A DNA stretch of 60,574 nt from Bacilli bacterium (GTDB lineage: Bacteria > Bacillota_I > Bacilli_A > RFN20 > CAG-826). Position 1 is the first letter of the stretch; the number at the start of each line of letters is the position of its first letter. Positions 48,281-57,037 of this stretch are shown here, piece by piece. The position numbers were made by a program, and so were the translations under genes. The notes below the pieces were generated by a model, which was not told the DNA's origin, did not search any database, and was given only the letters and a program-made list of their open reading frames with translations. The stretch spans positions 1 to 60,574 of the forward strand of contig JAGAHY010000063.1 of NCBI GenBank assembly GCA_017626815.1. The letters are read 5' to 3'.

Positions 48281-50884
48281 ATGAGAAAAATGACAGGAGC
48301 CGAAATCCGCAAGACCTGGATTTCCTTCTTCAAAGGCAAAGGCCATGCCTATATTCCCGGCGTCAATCTGATTCCCCAAGGCGACAAGTCGCTTTTGTGG
48401 GTCAACGCCGGCGTCACTGGCCTAAAGAAATACTTCGATGGCTCGTTAATCCCGCCATCCCGCCGCATCGTCAACGTCCAGAAGTGCATCCGCACCAACG
48501 ACATCGAAAACGTCGGCCATACCGCTAGGCATCATACCTTCTTTGAGATGCTTGGCAATTTCTCCATCGGCGACTATTTCCGCGACGAGGTCATCCCTTG
48601 GGCGTTTGAGATCCTCACCAGCGAGGAAGTCGGCTTCGGCATTCCCGCGGAGAAACTCTACATCACCTATCAGCCCGACGACAAAGCGACCTTGGAACTC
48701 TGGGTCAAATGCGGCATGGCCCGCGACCACATGATCCCCATGGAATCCAATTTCTGGGAGATCGGCGAAGGTCCCTGCGGCCCCGACACCGAGATGTTCT
48801 TCGACCGCGGCGAGGCCTATGATCCCAAGCACATCGGGGTCGACTTGCTCCGCAACGACATCGAAAACGACCGTTATATCGAGATTTGGAACATCGTCTT
48901 CTCGCAGTATAACTCCGTCGCCGGCGTCGCTAGGAAAGACTACAAGGAACTGCCGTCGAAAAACATCGATACCGGCAGCGGCTTGGAACGTATCGCCTGC
49001 GTGTTGCAAGGCACCGACACCAACTTCGAGACCGATTTGTTCTTCCCCATCATCGAGGAGGCCATGAAGATCTCGGGCAAGCCTTACGAAGGGGAGAATT
49101 TGATGAGCTACCGCGTCATCGCCGACCACGCGAGGAGCCTTACCTTCGCCTTAAGCGATGGGGCCTATTTCTCCAATGAGGGTAGGGGCTATGTCCTCCG
49201 CCGCATCATCCGCCGCGCGATGCGCTATGGACAGAAACTGGGCATCCGCGAGCCGTTTATGTACCGCCTGGTGCCGGTAGTCTGCGACCTCGCCCATGAT
49301 TTCTATCCCGAATTAGCCGACCACGCCGAGATGGTCGCGAAGATGATCAAGTCCGAGGAAGACAAATTCCTCAAGACCCTCTCTTCCGGCGAAGCCATGC
49401 TTCTTGAGGCCATCAAAGGCAAGAAGGAACTCTCTGGCGAAGACGCCTTCCGCCTCTACGATACCTTCGGCTTCCCCTTGGACATGACCAAGGAAATCTG
49501 CTTAGAAGCCGGGGTAGGGGTCGATGAAGAAGGCTTTGACGCCTTGATGAAACAACAGAAGGAAAGAGCCCGCGCGGCCAGGGAGAACACCGAATCCTTC
49601 CATAAACAATCCAAAGACCTCTTGGCCTTTGAGACGCCTTCCACCTTCACTTACGAAGAAACCTGCGTCGCCGCCAAAGTCACCGGGCTTTTCAAAGACG
49701 GCGTCGCCGTCGAGGAATTAGACGAGGAAGGCGAAGTGGCCTTAGACCTCACGCCTTTCTATGCCGAAAGCGGCGGCCAAGTCAGCGACAAAGGCACCTT
49801 GGTGGGCGAGAATTTCTCCGCCCAGGTCTCCGCGGTAGGCAAAGCGCCCCGCGGCCAGCACCTCCATCACGTCAACGTCGAATTCGGCAGCCTCCATAAA
49901 GGCGACGAAGTGACCGCCAAAATCGACGCCACCAAGCGCGCCTTGACCGCCAGGAACCATTCGGCCACCCATTTGCTTCACGCCGCCATCGGCGAAGTCT
50001 TAGGCGGCCACGTCGATCAGAAAGGTTCCTATGTCGATGAGGATATCTTGCGCTTCGACTATACCGCGATGAGCAAGACCTCGGCTGAGGATTTACGTAA
50101 AATCGAAGGGCTCGTCAACCGCAAAATCTTAGAAGCCATCGAGGAAAAGACCCTCATCCTCCCCATCGAGGAAGCCAAGAAACTCGGCGCCGAGATGGAA
50201 TTCTCCGAGAAATACGGCGATACCGTCAGGGTCGTCACCTTCGGCGAATTCTCCAAGGAATTCTGCGGCGGCACCCATGTCGCCAATTCCGCCGACATCG
50301 GCCTCTTCGTCCTCGAATACGACACCGCCGTCTCCAGCGGCGTCCGCCGCATCCAAGGCCGCACTTCCTTCGGCGCGTACCGCTATCTCGCCGATAAGGC
50401 CCTTGCCTTAGCGGATGTCTCCGCGGAGTTTGGCGGGGCCAAAGACGCTGAGCTCGTGGGCCGCGTGGAAGGCTTGAAAGAGCAGCTTGTCGCCGCCAAC
50501 AAGACCATCGCCTCCCTCAAGGACAAAATTGCCAGCGCCTCGGCTACCAACCTCGAGTTCGAAACGATCAACAACGTATACTTCATCGCCAAAATCTTCG
50601 ATGGCATGGGCCGCGATGACCTGCTTAAAGTCGGCGACTCCCTCAAGACCAAGCATGCGGATTACCTGCTCTTCTTGGTGGGTAAGTCCGACGCGGGCAT
50701 CGCCCTTACGGCTTTTGCCGGCGGCGAAGGCTTGAAAAAGCTTGGCGCGGGCAACGCCATCAAGAAAGCCGCCCCCTTGCTCAAAGGCAATGGCGGTGGC
50801 CGCCCCGAGATGGCCCAAGGCTCCGCCAAGGACCTTAGCGCCTATGAGGAGGCTACGAAACTCCTCCGCGAAGCGTTAAAATAA
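48281..50884 (+). CDS. alaS: Alanine--tRNA ligase
   Basis: RHHTFFEMLGNFS, IDTGSGLER, HSATHLLH, EFCGGTH, GGGRP; GGAGG SD before ATG 48281. Confidence 0.98.
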   Translation: MRKMTGAEIRKTWISFFKGKGHAYIPGVNLIPQGDKSLLWVNAGVTGLKKYFDGSLIPPSRRIVNVQKCIRTNDIENVGHTARHHTFFEMLGNFSIGDYFRDEVIPWAFEILTSEEVGFGIPAEKLYITYQPDDKATLELWVKCGMARDHMIPMESNFWEIGEGPCGPDTEMFFDRGEAYDPKHIGVDLLRNDIENDRYIEIWNIVFSQYNSVAGVARKDYKELPSKNIDTGSGLERIACVLQGTDTNFETDLFFPIIEEAMKISGKPYEGENLMSYRVIADHARSLTFALSDGAYFSNEGRGYVLRRIIRRAMRYGQKLGIREPFMYRLVPVVCDLAHDFYPELADHAEMVAKMIKSEEDKFLKTLSSGEAMLLEAIKGKKELSGEDAFRLYDTFGFPLDMTKEICLEAGVGVDEEGFDALMKQQKERARAARENTESFHKQSKDLLAFETPSTFTYEETCVAAKVTGLFKDGVAVEELDEEGEVALDLTPFYAESGGQVSDKGTLVGENFSAQVSAVGKAPRGQHLHHVNVEFGSLHKGDEVTAKIDATKRALTARNHSATHLLHAAIGEVLGGHVDQKGSYVDEDILRFDYTAMSKTSAEDLRKIEGLVNRKILEAIEEKTLILPIEEAKKLGAEMEFSEKYGDTVRVVTFGEFSKEFCGGTHVANSADIGLFVLEYDTAVSSGVRRIQGRTSFGAYRYLADKALALADVSAEFGGAKDAELVGRVEGLKEQLVAANKTIASLKDKIASASATNLEFETINNVYFIAKIFDGMGRDDLLKVGDSLKTKHADYLLFLVGKSDAGIALTAFAGGEGLKKLGAGNAIKKAAPLLKGNGGGRPEMAQGSAKDLSAYEEATKLLREALK

Positions 50885-50904
50885 GTTACCTAGGAGGTCC
50901 ACCC

Positions 50905-51180
50905 ATGATTGAGATCAAAAACGACAACGATATGGTCATCACCCGCGACGACGGGACGGAAGTGTTGATGAAAATCCTCTTCTATTTCCATAACGACCAG
51001 CGCAACAAAGACTACTATTTCCTTTACGAGGAAGGTAACGAAGACGAAGTCATCGTCATGGGCACTTCCGACGGGGAATCCCTCGAGGATTTAAGCGAGG
51101 AGGAGTTCGACGAAGCCGAACAAGTCTTCGAAGCCTACGAGCAAGATCCGACCATCCAAACCCTCAAGGAAGGGGAATAA
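50905..51180 (+). CDS. DUF1292 acidic protein
   Basis: Acidic 91-aa protein, KDYYFL...EEEFDEAEQVF; typical position downstream of alaS. Confidence 0.75.
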   Translation: MIEIKNDNDMVITRDDGTEVLMKILFYFHNDQRNKDYYFLYEEGNEDEVIVMGTSDGESLEDLSEEEFDEAEQVFEAYEQDPTIQTLKEGE

Positions 51181-51256
51181 GCACAATTAGGAGCAAATAA
51201 CCTTGTCCGAGGTTTATGCAGAGCATATAATTCACGGGCAAGGCAGGAATCACACC

Positions 51257-51745
51257 ATGGCAGATAAAAAAATCATCCTCACGCCGGAAGCGCGTGAACA
51301 ATTAGAAAAAGAATACCGCGACCTCATCGACGTCCAGCGTCCCGATGTCATCGAAAAGCTCTCGTTGGCCCGTAGCCAAGGCGACCTTTCCGAAAACGCC
51401 GACTATGACGCCGCGCGTGACCGTCAGGCCCAAATCGAATCCCGCATCGCCCAAATCGAGGAGATCCTCAATAACGCCGTCTCCGCCGAAGAAGCGGGGC
51501 TTGGCGCCAACTCCAAGAAGATCGGCATCGGCGACGTCGTCGAGTTCGAGGAAGTGGCCACTGGCGAAAAGGCGACCGTCCGCATCGTCGGCCAAGTCGG
51601 CGCCGACCCCTTCGCGGTCCCTCCGACCATCTCCAACGAATCGCCCATCGGCTTAGCCCTCATCGGCTCTGAGCCCGGCAAGACCGCTTGGGTCGAATCC
51701 CAAGAACGTTACGAGATCCGCATCCTTTCCTCCGAACGTAAATAA
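51257..51745 (+). CDS. greA: Transcription elongation factor GreA
   Basis: ARSQGDLSENADY, ISNESPIG. Confidence 0.95.
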   Translation: MADKKIILTPEAREQLEKEYRDLIDVQRPDVIEKLSLARSQGDLSENADYDAARDRQAQIESRIAQIEEILNNAVSAEEAGLGANSKKIGIGDVVEFEEVATGEKATVRIVGQVGADPFAVPPTISNESPIGLALIGSEPGKTAWVESQERYEIRILSSERK

Positions 51746-51767
51746 ACGTTCAAACAGTTTGACAAAC

Positions 51768-51793
51768 AGGGTATCCGTAGGGGTGCCCTTTTA
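51768..51793 (+). terminator. Intrinsic terminator
   Basis: AGGGTATCC-GTAG-GGGTGCCCT plus T run. Confidence 0.7.
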
Positions 51794-51902
51794 TTTACCA
51801 AGGAGGAAATTCAATCGGCTTTTTGGATTCTCTCCGCGTTAAAAACGCGAATTTAAACAAGTTTTGAAACTATTTGGCCGATTTTCCACTCTTATTTCAT
51901 AT

Positions 51903-52388
51903 ATGACCAACGCAACAAAGCACAAAGACGAAAACTATTACAGGTCGATCTACGAGGATTACAAACCATTGGTCGTTTTCATTGCCTCCATCTACCTGAC
52001 GAATAAAGATTATGTCGATGACGTCGTGCAGGAAGTCTTCCTTGAGACCTATGCCCATGAAGGCGCGATCAAGGACCTGAAGAACTATATCGGCGCCTTG
52101 GCAAAAAACAAGGCGCTCGCCATCAACAAAGCCAACGGATTCGCCACCAATGAGGGTGGCATGGATGATTTCCTCGTCTCCAACCTCAACGAGAATGAGA
52201 CTTTCGCCTCAATTGTGGAGGAGTTGCTTTCGGTTTTGAGCTCGACGGAAGCCGACATCCTCCTTCTCCATCTTTATGGCGGGTATTCCTTCAAGGAAAT
52301 CGCGGAAAAGATGAAGAGCAACGAAAACACCGTCAAAAGCAAATACTTCCGCGCATTAAGAAAATGCAGAAAGGAGCTTCGCCGATGA
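51903..52388 (+). CDS. ECF RNA polymerase sigma factor
   Basis: DDVVQEVFL (region 2), GYSFKEIAEKM...NTVKSKYFRA (region 4). Confidence 0.88.
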   Translation: MTNATKHKDENYYRSIYEDYKPLVVFIASIYLTNKDYVDDVVQEVFLETYAHEGAIKDLKNYIGALAKNKALAINKANGFATNEGGMDDFLVSNLNENETFASIVEELLSVLSSTEADILLLHLYGGYSFKEIAEKMKSNENTVKSKYFRALRKCRKELRR

Positions 52389-54013
52389 ATAACACAGAGA
52401 AAAAACTAACCGCCTTCCTTTCTGCCTCGCTGCCAAGCGGCCATAGTTATGACCGCCTTGAAGGCGCGGAACGTAAACTCCTTCAAAAGCCCAAGTCCAA
52501 ATGGAAAATCGGCCTTGCCGTCGCTATCCCATCCGCCGCCATTATCGGTGTCGTTGCGGTCACGGTCTCTTTGGGTGTCTTCCTCGCCGAACCACCCAAG
52601 CCTTTGGAAACCGGTAAGCTGAAGGACTTCTCTTCCATCAAAGGCTTTGGCATCCGCGCGAAAGAGACGGAAAATGTGGCCAAAACGGCATTTTTAAACC
52701 CAAAACGCCTCGTATCCAGTAGCACAATGACCGGCACACCGGTGAAGTTCTACCAATATAACCTGCAGGGGAACTATGAAGAGGCCATTGTCTTCAACGA
52801 AGGGGACACTCAAGTCCGTGACTACCACGTTGCCGAGTACTACGAAACCCATGACTTCGTGACCGCCTTCCTTTGCAGCGAAGCCGTTGGGAAAAAGTAT
52901 ACCTATTCCCCCTATTATAGTTCCTATACTTATTCCAATGAGTCCAATAGCATCGCGCTTTGGACTGGGCCTAATCCTTGGCGCGAAGAACGCGGTGGAA
53001 AACTCTATCCGTATCTCATTTCCAAGAGGACGGGCAAAATCTATAGCGGGGACATCCCCGATAAAACCTATGGAGCCTATCGGCTTAGCGGAGACCTCGC
53101 GGGAAGCAGCAGCGGAAAGAATCCCTATGACCTTAATTTCTATGGATATGAGGATGGCTGCGTTTTCTTTGCCGCGGAGGAAGGCTGGATGGATAACTCC
53201 GCCATGTTCCTGGTGAAAGAAGAGGAAGGGGGATTAAAGTTCCAGCGGGTGCTAACGGGGACGCAGTATCAAGCCTTGAAAAAACTTGGCAGCGGCGCAA
53301 GCGGCTTCTTCGTCGACCGCTTTGGCAATCCCTTCCACGAAAGCGCCGGTGCCGTCATTGGGGGAAGAGTCGTCGAAAACACCTGCCTCGATCCCTATAA
53401 CAACACGATTTACCAAGTGGAATTTGAGGACGGCCATGCGCGATTCTCCTATCTGAACAAGAACGGGGAATTCATCCTTGACCCGAAGAAAGAAGGCAGC
53501 TTCATTTTCGGGGGCGTCAGCCTTCCAACGGATAAAGAAATCGACAATATCTTCGATCTTGGCCGCATCTACTACCGTGGCGAGGATTATGTCATCACCG
53601 ATTCGCCCTCAGGTTCATCCTATAAACTGACTTTCCTCGCGAAAGGGGCCGACGCGGATTACCGAGACTACACGATCGAACCTTTGCCCGTTGACCTGGA
53701 CATCGATTGGGGAAACGTGAACCATGGAGGCAATGTCATCGCCCAAGGAGACACCCTCTACACGTTTGATTCGGCCCAGCAGCAAATCTTTCAAATCGAT
53801 TGCAAAACCCTCGCCTACGAGGCTTTTGATATCGGCGATGATGATTGGAAGATTGATGAATTTGGCCTGGAACCTAATGGCGATATCTGGGTGAAAGGCT
53901 ACTCTAAAGACCTCAAAGAAGTGGTCGGTTATATCGTCGATGGCCAATTTACCTACGAAAAACGGGGTGAAGACGCCGATGGATACGTCTATTACGTCAG
54001 ACCGCTGAATTAA
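52385..54013 (+). CDS. Probable anti-sigma/sensor: short cytoplasmic N-terminus, 1 TM, large beta-rich extracellular domain
   Basis: ATGA overlap with the sigma gene; single TM; aromatic, beta-rich ectodomain. Confidence 0.6.
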   Translation: MNNTEKKLTAFLSASLPSGHSYDRLEGAERKLLQKPKSKWKIGLAVAIPSAAIIGVVAVTVSLGVFLAEPPKPLETGKLKDFSSIKGFGIRAKETENVAKTAFLNPKRLVSSSTMTGTPVKFYQYNLQGNYEEAIVFNEGDTQVRDYHVAEYYETHDFVTAFLCSEAVGKKYTYSPYYSSYTYSNESNSIALWTGPNPWREERGGKLYPYLISKRTGKIYSGDIPDKTYGAYRLSGDLAGSSSGKNPYDLNFYGYEDGCVFFAAEEGWMDNSAMFLVKEEEGGLKFQRVLTGTQYQALKKLGSGASGFFVDRFGNPFHESAGAVIGGRVVENTCLDPYNNTIYQVEFEDGHARFSYLNKNGEFILDPKKEGSFIFGGVSLPTDKEIDNIFDLGRIYYRGEDYVITDSPSGSSYKLTFLAKGADADYRDYTIEPLPVDLDIDWGNVNHGGNVIAQGDTLYTFDSAQQQIFQIDCKTLAYEAFDIGDDDWKIDEFGLEPNGDIWVKGYSKDLKEVVGYIVDGQFTYEKRGEDADGYVYYVRPLN

Positions 54014-54063
54014 CCATTTCGAAGGCCTAAAAAGGCTATCGGTCAGAAATAGGCGCGACAACT

Positions 54064-54085
54064 AGGTCACCTCGGTGGCCTTTTT
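54064..54085 (+). terminator. Intrinsic terminator
   Basis: AGGTCAC-CTCG-GTGGCCT plus T run. Confidence 0.7.
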
Positions 54086-54181
54086 GAATGGTGGGAACAA
54101 AAAAGTCCTGTAGAATACCGCATCAATGGAATCAGTAATAATGACGCTATTCCTAGACACTGTCTAAAATAATGAAAGTCG

Positions 54182-54219
54182 TTTGTCAATTTTGGCCTGA
54201 ATCTTTCTATAGGTTAAGT
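54182..54219 (+). promoter_or_regulatory. TTTGTCAA-N18-TATAGGTTAAGT motif upstream of comEA
   Basis: Same boxes and spacing as at 17117-17154. Confidence 0.45.
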
Positions 54220-54233
54220 AGGAGGTTCAAAAT

Positions 54234-54773
54234 ATGAAAACCATTCTCATCATCTGCATCGTCGCGGCCATCGGCTTGGTCGGCTTTGGCGCGGTTCATT
54301 ACATGACCACCAACGTGGGCAATAGCCCAACCTCGCAAGTCGACTCCGTCGCCGCCGACGCCTTAAGCGTCACCATCTCGGGAGAAGTCAACTATCCTGG
54401 CGCCTATGTCGTCGCCAAAGGGAGCAAGCTCCTCGACCTCATCAACGCCGCCGGCGGCACCAACTCCAACGCCGACTCCCTAGCCTTCAACACCGATTAC
54501 GCCATCGAGAACAAGGGCACCTATTTCATCGCGCCGCTCTACGATAATTCCAATACCTGCAGCGCCTCGCCCATCGTCAAGACCAACATCAACATGGATG
54601 ACGTCGAAACCATGCAATCCATCGCCGGTTTCACCAAAACCGTAGCCAACGCCATCGTCTCTTACCGCGCCTCCGCGCCATTTAAAGCCATCGAGGAAAT
54701 CAAGAACGTCTCCGGCGTCGGAGCGGCGACTTATGAAAAGGTGAAGGCCAAGATCGTCCTTCGCGCCGCCTAA
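54234..54773 (+). CDS. comEA: Competence DNA receptor ComEA (SLBB + HhH)
   Basis: N-terminal TM, ISGEVNYPGAY...AAGG, NIN...FKAIEEIKNVSGVG. Confidence 0.9.
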   Translation: MKTILIICIVAAIGLVGFGAVHYMTTNVGNSPTSQVDSVAADALSVTISGEVNYPGAYVVAKGSKLLDLINAAGGTNSNADSLAFNTDYAIENKGTYFIAPLYDNSNTCSASPIVKTNINMDDVETMQSIAGFTKTVANAIVSYRASAPFKAIEEIKNVSGVGAATYEKVKAKIVLRAA

Positions 54774-54775
54774 GC

Positions 54776-56797
54776 GTGAACGCCCTTTTTCTCTTAATCG
54801 GCTCCATCCTTGGGCTCTACCTCGGCCATAGCGATGATCCCGTTCGCCTGGTGATTGTCGCCTTGGCCCTGGTGGTGGCCTTCTTTTGGGCCAAAAGCAG
54901 GGGAGCGTTAGTCTATTTGCTTATCCCTACCTTTATTTGCTTTGGCCTATCCGCGGCTTTGTTTTGGATTCCTTACCCGGAGGGGACGAGCGAATTTGAC
55001 GCGGTCGTGATCCGCCAGAGCGACAACTATGTTCTCGTGCAGCATTTCTTCCGACGTTATTATGTCTCCTGCAAAGGTAACCATTATGAAGTGGGGGATA
55101 TCCTCCATCTTCGAGGCAAAGTGACGCCTTTTTTGTCCACGACTTATGAGTCGCGCTTCGACTTTGGGGCCTACCTTAAGGATTATGGGGTCCGTTATGA
55201 ACTTGCTTCCCCAAAAATAGCCACCAATTTCCAGACGCCTTTTCGCTTACGCGCCTTTGAGCTAGGCTTCCTCAACCATTTTAGTCCAAGCGGCAAAGCC
55301 ATGCTGGACTCGTTGCTTTTTGGGAAGAAGGATTATTCTTCCTCCTTGATTGAGAAAGCCTCCTCGATGAACCTGATCTTCGTCCTTTCCTCTTCGGGGA
55401 TGCTTTATACCTTATTCTTAGGGGTGGTGAAGAAAGTCCTTTGCTGGAAAATCAAAGAGGGAACCGCGGATGTGGTCGTGGTCTTCCTTGGGTTGTTCTT
55501 CCTGCCGTTTGGGTTTAAGAAAATCGGCATCTTACGCGCCTTTTTGGTGCGCGCCATCAAACTTTTCAATATCCACATCCTCAAGAAGGAACTTTCCTAT
55601 TTATCTCGGTTAGGAATCGCGGGCCTCGTCATTTTGCTATTGGACATCCATAACGCCTTTAACACCGGCTTCCTCATCGGCATGGGCATCTGCTTATTGA
55701 TGGTCGTGGTCCGTCCTTATATCGAGCATAAGAAAAAAGCGGTGGAGAAAGTGCGTTCCTCCTTGGTCATCCGCGTCTTTTTGATCCCGCTTACCTTAAC
55801 CGGGGGAGGCGTCCACCTGTTTGGGATGCTGTTCATGTTCATGCTACTGCCGTTAAGTGGGTTTATCGTGACGTTAGGCTATCTTTCCTTAGTAACCGTC
55901 CCCTTTACGGGCCTATTCAATGGGCTAGGGGATTTCATGGTTTATTTATTAACCCGATTTGAGGCGGTGGACCTAGCGTTCCCTTTGCCCGCGCTTAGCG
56001 TGGCGGGGGTAGGGATATTCTACGCGGTGCTTTTCGTTTCTTTGTTCTTACATGAAAGCGCGATGCACCTTAGCCGCAACATCCTCGTCTTTTCCTCGAT
56101 TGGCTTATATGTCTGCTCCCTTGTCCCCATCGTCCCTTATCTCACGAATTCAGTCAGTTTCATCAACGTTGGGCAGGGGGATTGCGCCCTAATCCAAAGT
56201 GGCAACGTCAACGTCCTTATCGACACCGGAGGGGTGACGTCTTTTGATATCGCGGAAGAATGTTTGCTTCCTTATTTCCGGAAGCGGCGCATCTACCATC
56301 TAGACGCGATCATCGCCTCCCATCAAGACTATGACCATATGGGTGGGGTGGAGACGTTACTAAAGAAATTCAAGGTCGGGACGTATATCAAAGACCCGAC
56401 CCCCTTTCCGGTGAGTTTCGGTAATCTCACCTTCTATAATTACAATAACTACGATGCGACCGAGGAAAACGATAAATCCCTGGTCTTATCCCTAGATTTC
56501 ATGGGCAAAAACTGGATTTTCACCGGGGATGCCCCAATCTGGATCGAGAAGAAAATCATCGCCGATTACCCGCATCTAGACTGCGATATCCTCAAAGTCG
56601 GCCACCATGGCAGCGACACCTCCACCTGCGCGGAATGGCTCGACGCGATCACCCCGCGAACCGCCATCATCTCCTGCGGGGCGAAGAATAAATACGGCCA
56701 TCCGATTCCTTCCGTCCTCAAGCTCTTGGAAGAACGTCATATCGAGATTCGGCGCACGGACTTAGAAGGGACGATCGTGTATTCAAGCCTGAGGTGA
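54776..56797 (+). CDS. comEC: Competence channel ComEC/Rec2
   Basis: Multi-TM competence domain; MBL domain NVGQGD, SHQDYDHMGG, TGD, KVGHHGS, YGHP. Confidence 0.92.
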   Translation: MNALFLLIGSILGLYLGHSDDPVRLVIVALALVVAFFWAKSRGALVYLLIPTFICFGLSAALFWIPYPEGTSEFDAVVIRQSDNYVLVQHFFRRYYVSCKGNHYEVGDILHLRGKVTPFLSTTYESRFDFGAYLKDYGVRYELASPKIATNFQTPFRLRAFELGFLNHFSPSGKAMLDSLLFGKKDYSSSLIEKASSMNLIFVLSSSGMLYTLFLGVVKKVLCWKIKEGTADVVVVFLGLFFLPFGFKKIGILRAFLVRAIKLFNIHILKKELSYLSRLGIAGLVILLLDIHNAFNTGFLIGMGICLLMVVVRPYIEHKKKAVEKVRSSLVIRVFLIPLTLTGGGVHLFGMLFMFMLLPLSGFIVTLGYLSLVTVPFTGLFNGLGDFMVYLLTRFEAVDLAFPLPALSVAGVGIFYAVLFVSLFLHESAMHLSRNILVFSSIGLYVCSLVPIVPYLTNSVSFINVGQGDCALIQSGNVNVLIDTGGVTSFDIAEECLLPYFRKRRIYHLDAIIASHQDYDHMGGVETLLKKFKVGTYIKDPTPFPVSFGNLTFYNYNNYDATEENDKSLVLSLDFMGKNWIFTGDAPIWIEKKIIADYPHLDCDILKVGHHGSDTSTCAEWLDAITPRTAIISCGAKNKYGHPIPSVLKLLEERHIEIRRTDLEGTIVYSSLR

Positions 56798-57037
56798 ATC
56801 TAAGGCATTCCGCGAAGATAAGGCCGCTAGTTGCGGCGGAGATTTTCCTTCCTTTGGGGAAACTAACGATAGCGTCATGCCCATAAAGGCACAACAAAGC
56901 GAAGTCCTATGTCTTGAAGCAAAGCGCTGGGATCGCCTCCGCTTTCGTTGGCTTGGCAAAAGAATCATAGCCATGGGTACCGATGCAAAAGAAAAACGCA
57001 CCACCGCCGATCGATGGTACGTTTCGGAACACTACGA

